This document shows positions 29,740-38,358 of a DNA stretch of 42,352 nucleotides, piece after piece. The stretch is from Chrysochromulina tobinii (Eukaryota). The position numbers were made by a program, and so were the translations under genes. The notes beneath the pieces are model-generated. The model was not told where the DNA came from and did not search any database. It worked only from the letters and a program-made list of their open reading frames with translations. The stretch is from assembly GCA_001275005.1 (NCBI GenBank), contig JWZX01003022.1, forward strand, positions 1-42,352. The letters run 5' to 3'. Every line of letters begins with the position of its first letter. Position 1 is the stretch's first letter.

Positions 29740-31674
29740 TCACTCGACGCTTTTATCGCGGTCCTGCTCAATGAGAAAGGTCCACCATGAGAGGAACTGC
29801 AGCGGCGTCTTCGCCGGGTGCATCGAGATGGGCACTGGGCAGCGCGTGGCGTTCATGTACACAGACTGGCACGTGCTGCGGTCGATGAGCGTGGCCGCAC
29901 TAGTCCGGACGGTCCCGTTTCGACGAACCGTCCCGTTTCGGAAGAGTGACGACGGAAGCGTGGCACGGCCGTCCCGCGCGTCGATGGTGACCAAGCTTGG
30001 ATCGACCGTTGGACTGTAGAGAAGCTCGTTGCACTTGCGCCGTCTCGTATTAATGACGAACCCGGCGAGGCGTGAACGCGAACATTCACAGGGGATCGAG
30101 GGCAGGAATGGCATCATCGTGACGCACGTGCACTGCATGAAGCGAATGTTGAGCAGATGCATGCAAAGGCCGAGGGCTGAGTCCTCAAAGTCGGACGCCC
30201 ACTCGCACCGCGCGCTGCGACTCGTGCTCTCGTTCTTGAGCACCCAAGCGGTGTTGAGACCTCCTGACGCGGAGAGCATGAACGGCGGCGTGACTGGGGG
30301 AGAGTTCGATGCGTTGGTACTCGACGATGCGTTGCCAAGTTTGCGATCGACTCGCAAGACGCGTGGGCACGTGCGATCGGGCGACGCGATGGCCGCCACG
30401 CGCTCGATGCATTTGCTCTTCACGAGCACATAGAGCGACGCGTGGGAAAACCCCTCGAAGCCGCCCTGAGCATAGGGGATGCTGTGGGTGTCCTTGCGCA
30501 CGCGCCGCCCCGCCTCCGTCTCCCATCCAATTTGGAACTCGTCGTCAAACGCACGGTAGAGAGCCTGGAAGGTCGCCGTCGCACGCAGCGGCGCGCGATA
30601 CTCCTTCTGATGGGCCGGCAGAGGATCCGGTGGCCCCCTCGACACCCACGGCGTGCCTGTGTACGAAGGCATGTATGCGCCGTTCCCAAAGTACAACGGC
30701 CCGTCACTGCCGACGGTCCGGTCGAAGCCATGCAGCAGGCGCAGCAGCGCGCGCGGCAGCACGATCGAGTCAAGGTCGATCTTGAGATAGAAACGCTTTC
30801 GCGGCAGTGCCTCGAGCATTGCCTCGAAGATGGCCGCACCCTTGGCCCAGTTGTGATGGTTACCTGATGGGGGAGACGCAACCGAACGCAATCAATGGGA
30901 ACCAGCGCAGCGGCGGCTATCAGAGGCCATCTGAGGCCAACCGAGGCCAACAAAGGCTGATCAACGGCCATCAGAGGTAGTATAGTTACCCTCCTTGAAC
31001 TGCCCATGAAACGTGCGGATGCGTCCCCAGAAGCAACGCGGGAAGATACGGGGCCTTGGGGTCTCGGAGGCGGCTGCGCACAGAGGCCATTGCGCACAAT
31101 GGCGGAGAGCGCTGAAGCCACTGTGCAGCACCGCGTGAGTCGCGAGCCACGGCGGGGGCACGAACGAGAAAGGCAGATGGCGCGGCTTTCCTCGACAAAA
31201 CGGTCTGCCGTCTTTACACTTTCTCAGGGCCTCGAGATCGGCGTCCTGCGAGCAGTTTGGGCCCGGCGACCACTGCTGTCCTCGCGGTGTGAGCACGGCC
31301 TTCTCGCAGATGACCGTGCAATCGTATAGGGCCACGGCATCCACCGTCGCAGGCCTGCCCATTGAGGAGCTCAGGCTGCGCATCCACGTGATCATGGCGC
31401 ATGCGAGGAGCTCGCCTGCGAGGCACGCCACCTCGCTGGTCTGTGCGGAGGTCGCAGAGGGCGCGACGGCCATGAAGCCGAAGCCAATGTCGCCTACCAA
31501 TGTCGCCTTGGTTGGTTTGAAGCTCCGCTCGTCGCCGAGGAGTTCTTTTCGTTGACGCGCCAGCTTAGTCTCGTTCAGGTCCTTGGCTGGGACGCAGATC
31601 CTCGGGTCGGACATCAGCGCCCCGGCGTACCCTTTGTCGAGGCTGCGCGTCTCCGCCAACGGCCTCTGAACCAT
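29740..31674 (-). CDS. GT31/Fringe-like glycosyltransferase (2 exons)
   Basis: Exons 31674-30990 and 30863-29740 in frame. FYLKIDLDS (DxD), LYFG, YAQGG, EDSALGLC and HPAK motifs. Start codon uncertain. Confidence 0.7.
30864..30989 (-). other. Repeat-containing GT-AG intron (126 bp)
   Basis: Starts GTAACTAT versus next exon GTAACCAT, carries decayed CTGATGGCCT units and ends TCCCCCATCAG; phase 1. Confidence 0.8.
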
Positions 31675-31897
31675 CCTCTCTTTGGGCCTTGACGTCGCGA
31701 TGGAATGCACAGGCTTTTCTAGGACGAGGTTCGGTAAATAGAAATTGCATGCGCCTCCATAAACTCAGAGTTCCACATCGCTCTGGGTAAAGATGAGGAT
31801 GCATGCATCGTGCCTTCTCGTGACTCGACTATCCACCGACTAGACCTCTGCGTCTCTCCCGACAAGCCGCTCGCTCCACCTTTCGCGGTCCTCTCCG

Positions 31898-33928
31898 ATG
31901 TCCTCTTCGTGCAACGTGTGCGGCAAGGCACTGGGCAGCAGCATGGTCGTGAAGACCGTCTGCGAAGGCGCCTGCTGCTTTCGGACTGGCGTCCACGATG
32001 AGTGCTTCGCGCACCGCGAGAAAACGGGTATCCGGATGCTCGTGTCGAACAGAGGAGCTCTTGTCGAGACCCTGGCCGGGTGCATTCAGCCCAAGGTGTG
32101 GAAGCGATTCAAGGCGGAGCTGTGGCAGTCGGAGCACCTCGCGACCCAGCGCGCCGTGTGCATCTGCGTGTGCGGCGGCACGTGGGCACCAGCCGAGCGA
32201 GTGCGGATGGGCATGGCCACGCTCTCCGAGAACGTGCCTCCGGAGTGCAACAAGGAGAACCGTGCCTTCAAGCGGCTTGAGCTCGAGCGCCTCGAGCTTG
32301 AGGAGGAACGCGCGCGCCGGCGCGAGGCGCGTGCGAAGCTCGAGCTTGCCAAGGCTACGGCGCAGGAGGAGAAGCGCGAGAAGGATCTCGCAAAGGTTGC
32401 GGCACGGGCTGCGCGGGCTGCGCGGCTGAGCACGCGGCCAGGCGCGGCGGCTGCAGCGGCGGCGAGAGTGACATCGGCTTCGCCGCCTCGCCCGTCCGCG
32501 GCCGTCGAGCCATCCAGCCCGACAGAGATCGCAAGCCCGACCGGCCCGATGAGTCCATCGTACCGCCTCTTGGAGCGCGCGCTCGAGCATGGCGTGGAGC
32601 AGGTCCCCCTCGTCAAGCTGCCTTCGGCCAACGTCCGCGTGGGCGTGAGTGACACTGCCGTCCTCAAGCGGCTGCCGGTGTCGCGCCGGCTGGTGTCGCC
32701 CGTCGTGCTGACGGCTCCGACTGCGCCGCCGCCGCCCGTGTCACTCATCACGGCGGCACCCCCGATGCGTGTGACGCCCTCTGTGATGGCACTGCGCCCT
32801 CGGCCGTGCCCTCCGCCGCTAGTGATCACGCTCAGCCCCTTCGAGGAGCTCAGTCTGCTCACGGTGCCGTCGCTGCTGCGTGCCATCCGTGAAGAGGCAT
32901 TTGAGTGCGGCTGTGCATGCGAGTTCGTCGGAGCGGCCGAGGGCGAGCAAGGCACGCAGCGCGAGCAGAAGCACGGCAAGCGGGGCCCTTGCCTCGAGCT
33001 GCGCCCGCGCCATTGGTCGATGGGCCTCGAGACACTCCTCAAGTGTGCGCCGTGCGATGACGAGGAGGAGGACAACGAGAAGGGCAAGGAGCAGGACGAC
33101 GAGGAGGAAGACCAAGAAGACGGCACGGAGAACGAGGTACGCTTCTCGTGGGATGCGCTCAAGAGACTCGAGCAAGCAGAGGGGAGCATCCTGTGGCTGC
33201 TGAGGCACGAGCATTGCGGATCCCACCGCGCGTGGCGCGAGCACCTTCACTGCCGCCAGGTGCTGCTGCATGAGTTCCATCTGCGGCCCTCTTCGGTTGA
33301 GCTCGCGCCCGAGATACGTCCAGCGCTCGCGAGCCTGAGCCAGGGGCAGGTGCTCTCCGAGCTTGAGCGAGCCATGGACGAGCAGGGTGAGACCGTCTTT
33401 GCACCCGGGCTGAGCCCTGCGCATGTGCGAGTGCTACTGCATGCGCCGCGCGCCTGCTGCTGCTCGCCGGATTCGACGAGCGCCACCGGCATCTGTGCCT
33501 CTCGGATCTGCACGATCCACGTCCTCATCGGACAGAGCGCGAGTGCGGACTTCGTCGCCGAATGCGTGGCTGCCAACGTACGAGCGCGTCTCTTTGAGGA
33601 CCGCCCGTACACTGCGCAGCGGCGACGCGTGAGTGACAGCTCTGCGGACGCGGGGATGGCCGCCATCGTCCCGGCCAGAAAAGCCAGCTCGACCACGCCA
33701 CCGCCGCCGCTGCCGCCGCCGCTGCTGCCTTCAGAGCTGACGGACGACCATGCGGGGCTGTGCCTCATTTGCCTCGAGATGCCGATCTCCCGGATCTTCG
33801 TGCCGTGCGGCCACGTGTCTGCATGCGGCGCATGTGCCGATGCGTGGCTGGCCACGGAGCGCACGTGCCCGCTCTGCCTCGACGAGGCGACAGATGCCCT
33901 CGAGGCGCTCCACGCATCCACCTGCTGA
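31898..33928 (+). CDS. C-terminal RING-finger (C3HC4-type) protein with Cys-rich N-terminus
   Basis: CLICLEMPISRIFVPCGHVSACGACAD...CPLC near the C-terminus; N-terminal CxxC...C...HxxC cluster and a coiled coil. Confidence 0.75.
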   Translation: MSSSCNVCGKALGSSMVVKTVCEGACCFRTGVHDECFAHREKTGIRMLVSNRGALVETLAGCIQPKVWKRFKAELWQSEHLATQRAVCICVCGGTWAPAERVRMGMATLSENVPPECNKENRAFKRLELERLELEEERARRREARAKLELAKATAQEEKREKDLAKVAARAARAARLSTRPGAAAAAAARVTSASPPRPSAAVEPSSPTEIASPTGPMSPSYRLLERALEHGVEQVPLVKLPSANVRVGVSDTAVLKRLPVSRRLVSPVVLTAPTAPPPPVSLITAAPPMRVTPSVMALRPRPCPPPLVITLSPFEELSLLTVPSLLRAIREEAFECGCACEFVGAAEGEQGTQREQKHGKRGPCLELRPRHWSMGLETLLKCAPCDDEEEDNEKGKEQDDEEEDQEDGTENEVRFSWDALKRLEQAEGSILWLLRHEHCGSHRAWREHLHCRQVLLHEFHLRPSSVELAPEIRPALASLSQGQVLSELERAMDEQGETVFAPGLSPAHVRVLLHAPRACCCSPDSTSATGICASRICTIHVLIGQSASADFVAECVAANVRARLFEDRPYTAQRRRVSDSSADAGMAAIVPARKASSTTPPPPLPPPLLPSELTDDHAGLCLICLEMPISRIFVPCGHVSACGACADAWLATERTCPLCLDEATDALEALHASTC

Positions 33929-34008
33929 AGCTGAGAGGCTTCGGCGAGCTGCACGTCGGCGAGCTGCACGGCGCAAACTCGCGAATCGGGCGGAGTGGGA
34001 TCGGATAA

Positions 34009-34108
34009 GGGATCGGACGTCAACGGACGCGATCGGTGCGCTCTCTTCGGGATCCAAGGCCCTTGCGGGATCGGACGTCAACGGACGCGATCGGTGCGCT
34101 CTCTTCGG
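34009..34108. repeat. Perfect 42-bp direct repeat with 16-bp spacer
   Basis: gggatcggacgtcaacggacgcgatcggtgcgctctcttcgg occurs at 34009-34050 and 34067-34108. Confidence 0.9.
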
Positions 34109-35133
34109 AGAGTGGGAGATCAGCGGGAGATCAGCGGGATCGGACGGCGCGATGGGCGGCGACGAGAGACACTGAGGCGGGGGACGGGGCCAGTGCTCGC
34201 GTCTGCGCCGCGCAGACGGCGAGCGCGGCGGCACGGGCACGGGCAACAGCAGCAGCGACAATTAAGCGACAATCGCGACAGGTGAGGAGCAACCTGGACA
34301 CGCTCTCACAAGAATCGGAAGCTACTCTTCTGCACATGCAGGCGGGCAAGGGCCAAGGCGATGAGAGGTAACCAGAGAGGCAACACGCCTGGCGTGCAGA
34401 AGAACCGCGTGCTCGTGTAGTGCTCGTGGGCCTCAGCGCGTCACACTGTGACTGTCGGATGTGTGTACCTCCGAACGTACGTTCTTCTTTCGCGGTTTAC
34501 GCCCTGCCTGCGCTGCCTAGCCAGTCGCGTTCACCTTGTTGTTCTCGGTGTACATCAGCTAAATGCCGGGCGTTACTCGCGCAGAGAAACGGAGAGGGGT
34601 TGTGCTGAAGACCCATCAGCCCCCGAGCGAGGGGCCGCGCGCTCGCCACTCGCGAGCCTCGCGAGCGTGGCCGAGATTGAGACTACGTAAATAAACACGC
34701 CACGGCGCAGGGGTCAAACGCCGGGCGCCACCCCAGGCGCCGCGTCGAGGCGCGGGGCGGTGTGTTTGTGCTGTGGTGTACCTGTAGCTCAAGACGATCG
34801 GATGTACGCGATGTTCAAATTCGATGTTGCACCGTAGTCGCCCGGCCGTCACCCGCCCGAAGAAGCGAGCGGTAGCCGGTACCCGGGGTCCACACCCGCG
34901 TCACTTCTTAGTCACTTCTATATTCAGCTGAACATGGTCCCGCCCACCCACCGCGATTCAGAGCCTGGTCTAGCTTTAGCAGGGACCGGGATGTCGCGCT
35001 CACCAGGCTGCCGTTTGTGTACCGGTAGTTTGATGAACCGCCAATCAACCAACGCGACCAAGTTTACATGTATTTTTCCGTATTGGGTAAATCACAGCAT
35101 TGTTCACGGGACGAAAGCCTTGAGATCGAGGCT

Positions 35134-35676
35134 ATGCTACTCAGCGTGCGGCGCCTGACGTCAGCAACGATCACCGATCGCTTCGCGCTGCTGCAGGCCG
35201 CGAGGCGCTTTGACCTCGACCTTGACCAGCTGCAGCGTCGGTACAAGCTACTGATGGGCGAAACACATCCCGATCGGCACAGCCGCAGCAACACGGCAGA
35301 TCAGCAAGCCGCCGCCGACCATGCATCGGAGCTGACTGATGCGTACGCCGTGCTGCGAGCGCCGCACACGCGAGCCGTGCATTTGCTTGAGTTGCTTGGC
35401 AAACCGCTAAACGAGGATACGGGCAGCACGCTGCTCTGCCCTACATTCTTGATGGAGGTGATGGAGGTGCGCGAGGCACTAGTGGAGGCGGGTAAGCGGC
35501 TTGACAAGCTGCAGCCGCTGCGCGACGCCAACACGACATCAATGGAGCGGCTATACGACGAGCTCGCGAGCGCGTTTGCTGCCCAGGACATGGAGCAGGC
35601 CCTGAAGCTGACGGCGCGCTTGCAATATCTGCAACGAATCGAGGAGGAAATCCATGAACGCATGCCGGTGAAGTGA
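35134..35676 (+). CDS. HSCB: HscB/Jac1 Fe-S cluster co-chaperone (J-domain plus HSCB C-terminal domain)
   Basis: FDLDLDQLQRRY...HPD, AYAVLRAPHTRA.HLL, FLMEVMEVRE and ARLQYL; short Arg/Ser/Leu-rich N-terminus. Alternative ATG at 35068. Confidence 0.88.
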   Translation: MLLSVRRLTSATITDRFALLQAARRFDLDLDQLQRRYKLLMGETHPDRHSRSNTADQQAAADHASELTDAYAVLRAPHTRAVHLLELLGKPLNEDTGSTLLCPTFLMEVMEVREALVEAGKRLDKLQPLRDANTTSMERLYDELASAFAAQDMEQALKLTARLQYLQRIEEEIHERMPVK

Positions 35677-35855
35677 TGTGTGTTGAGGAGGTGAGGACGA
35701 GGAACACATGCACGAGTTCCGCAGACGTAATATACTTGACAAAACTGCGCTGATCCTGAAAAGATAAACCGAAGCACCTAAGATGCGTTGCGACTTTTTG
35801 TTGTTCGGTGCTGAGGAAGATATCACGAAAATATTCGACACGCATGACAAGCAAC

Positions 35856-36125
35856 TTACTGATGCGTTCTGCGCGCGGTTGCGCTTGCAAGCACGGCTTC
35901 AGCGGCGCGGCGATGGCACAGCTTAAATTCCTCAAGCACCGCGGCGCAGGCTTTGGCCTGGCCAGCATTCTCCTCCACGCACGCTGCCCACTTGCGGTAG
36001 AACGGTTGACAGTCACCCAATCGCAAACCATCAGTCCCAGCTCGTGCCTGCTCGGCCTTAGCCTGTGCCTCCTCCTTGGCAGTTTTGCAATCGACGCACT
36101 CGACCTCAGCAGCCGGAGTCGCCAT
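35856..36125 (-). CDS. Small twin CX9C (CHCH) protein, likely mitochondrial intermembrane space
   Basis: C-QPFYRKWAA-C and C-AAVLEEFKL-C in an 89-aa ORF starting at ATG 36125. Confidence 0.65.
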   Translation of the reverse strand: MATPAAEVECVDCKTAKEEAQAKAEQARAGTDGLRLGDCQPFYRKWAACVEENAGQAKACAAVLEEFKLCHRRAAEAVLASATARRTHQ

Positions 36126-36374
36126 GCCACGCCGGCCGACGAGAGAGTTCGGCGAAGTTTTCTGCGTCCTCCCGGCCGCGAGAACTTCGCTGTTCAAAAC
36201 AACGCGTACTCACGGGGGCTACTAGAATGGACGGAGGTGTGGCCAACACAGCCTGCTATACGCAGGCCGAGAGGCCTTTAATCGGCAGAAGGTAGCTTTA
36301 AGGTAGCTTCCCTCAGAGTAAATCGTGAACGATGCCGGGGAGCCCGGGACGACGCTATTTTCAAAAAGAGTGAC

Positions 36375-37883
36375 TCATGGACCGCTCAGTCGCACAAGCT
36401 CCTCGCGTGACATGACGTATCGCTCGACCTTCGTCGGGGTGTCCTGCTGCTCCATGTCCGTGCCCAGCACGCCGAAGTGCAAGTAAAGGAAGACATCGTC
36501 TCCGCGCACGAAGACGCCTGCTACAGGGTGTGCCGTCGCTCGATATTCGATCGGCCCACGCCCACGCTCATCTGCAGTGCGCCACCCAAGCTTAGCACTC
36601 ACCAAGTTGACTGGCTGCGAAAAGTTGACGCCGTCTCTGTTGGACGAAAAGGCCATGGCGACGCACGCGTTGGGTGGCTGGCTCACGGGGAAGAGCGCCA
36701 GCAGCGAGCCGCGTTTGACGGGATTAGCCTGCACGAGAAAGAAGTAGATGTCAACCGTCTCCGCTGGCAGTCCCTTGATCGTCACAGGCTCCCAAGGAGA
36801 CCACGTGCGCAAGTTGTGCGACATAGTGGTCTGCACGGCCCTGCCGCCTACGGGCTCGTGCTGATGCAGGTTGGCTCGCGCATACAGACGAAACGGCTGA
36901 CCGTTGGTGAGATCTCCCAGAGAAGCATCACGCGCTGCAGCCCGATGCAGGCGCACAAGGGAGAGCCGGCCGTCGAACTCGCAGCCAGCATTTCCCGTGT
37001 ACGCCGGCCGTCGATCGATGCAGCCGCGAGGGTTGCTGCCATGGATGATCACCTCAGGTTCGGCTGGCCACCAATTCCATGACCGACTCCGATTGCTCAG
37101 CGTGGGCGGCCATTGTGTTCGCCAGAGCAACACGCCCGATTTGGGATCTTCTCGTGGCGCAGGCAGGCCGTGCCACGAGTCAAATGGAGGAAGCTTCGCC
37201 TTCGGCCCGAGACCCCAGTCTTGAAGCCCGCCGACAAGCAGGTAGTCGGCCACGCCCAGGCGCAGCACAGCAAGATTATGCGCCATATGAGCCATCATCG
37301 GGACGCCGCGAGCAAGGACGGCCTTCTGGCCTCGAGGGTGCCAGAATCTCAAGCCGTCGTCGGACACCGCGTGGACGTGGCCTGGCGATTGAACATTACG
37401 CTTCGCGATCAGGCAAAATTGCGCGAGCACTCCGGCGAGCCGCACGCCGGCGCTGGTGCAGTTTATGATGCTGTAGTAGCGGTATTTTTCATCCACCGTG
37501 TAGTTGTTGATCATCAGCTCGTCGGTTTGGTGCCGTGAGCGGTTGAGCAGCTGTGGGGCACGGCAGATGGCGTTTGCTCTTACACAGTTGTAGTGGACGT
37601 CGCTGCTGCCCCAGTTGCCACGACACTCAGGGCGCAAGGTTTCCATGCGTCCAAGCTGCGCGTGCGCCTCCAACTGAGCCAGTTCTCGCAGCTTCGTATG
37701 CCGCGCTGTGAGCCTCGAATAATATGCATTTGCAAGCCGGCACGTGGCTTCACACACCGAAATGTCTCTGTGCTCCTTCTTGTAGCACGTATGCAAGCAG
37801 ACGTGGTTTATAAACGTGTACTTCTTGGGTAGAAGCACGGGCGGCAGCGGCGTCCTTATATGTCTCTGGAACGAGTCGTTCAT
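36375..37883 (-). CDS. Hypothetical protein, possibly glycoside-hydrolase-like beta-propeller
   Basis: Long ORF with Asp-box-like SDDGLRF and DGVNFS, plus CEFDGRLSLV, LYARANL and GGRAVQ segments. Start codon uncertain. Confidence 0.55.
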   Translation of the reverse strand: MNDSFQRHIRTPLPPVLLPKKYTFINHVCLHTCYKKEHRDISVCEATCRLANAYYSRLTARHTKLRELAQLEAHAQLGRMETLRPECRGNWGSSDVHYNCVRANAICRAPQLLNRSRHQTDELMINNYTVDEKYRYYSIINCTSAGVRLAGVLAQFCLIAKRNVQSPGHVHAVSDDGLRFWHPRGQKAVLARGVPMMAHMAHNLAVLRLGVADYLLVGGLQDWGLGPKAKLPPFDSWHGLPAPREDPKSGVLLWRTQWPPTLSNRSRSWNWWPAEPEVIIHGSNPRGCIDRRPAYTGNAGCEFDGRLSLVRLHRAAARDASLGDLTNGQPFRLYARANLHQHEPVGGRAVQTTMSHNLRTWSPWEPVTIKGLPAETVDIYFFLVQANPVKRGSLLALFPVSQPPNACVAMAFSSNRDGVNFSQPVNLVSAKLGWRTADERGRGPIEYRATAHPVAGVFVRGDDVFLYLHFGVLGTDMEQQDTPTKVERYVMSREELVRLSGP

Positions 37884-38121
37884 GCAATCCGTGTCGGTAT
37901 CCGGATGCAAAGGCGGTCCGATCGTGTTTTTCCGTCGAAGTTGCAAGAAGTTGCCGCCGCGTCGAGTTATTATCGAGAGTTATTAGTTTCAAAATGGCGA
38001 CATGCGAGAGCGAATAACGTCGGCGCATACTGTGCGCAAATACATGTAGTGTGGTGAGTGTACCCAGGTCTCGTACTAGGCAGTACTGCGTACCCTACTT
38101 TTAGCTTGAGTACCCTACCGA

Positions 38122-38179
38122 CACCGCATAGATGGCATGTTCACATGAAGCACCGCATAAATGGAATGTTCACATGAAG
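38122..38179. repeat. 29-bp tandem duplication
   Basis: caccgcata(g/a)atgg(c/a)atgttcacatgaag occurs at 38122-38150 and 38151-38179. Confidence 0.85.
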
Positions 38180-38358
38180 TTTTAGTACGGCGTTCTTGCG
38201 GCCCTTCGCCGCGCGAAACTCTCGAAGCGTTCACGCGCCATGCCACATGGGGGCATGGCACACGCACTCCACCATGGCGCCGTATGGCGCCGGGCCCACA
38301 CCGTGCACTCTGATCGAGTTCGTGAACCGCGTTCCCAGCGCCTAGTGTCCCTAAAGCT

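Noticed and set aside
2229..30989. Classical TIR DNA transposon (MITE) explanation for the repeat introns
   Set aside because: No terminal inverted repeats and no constant TSD length are visible, and no transposase or RT gene lies in the window. The autonomous partner, if any, is elsewhere.
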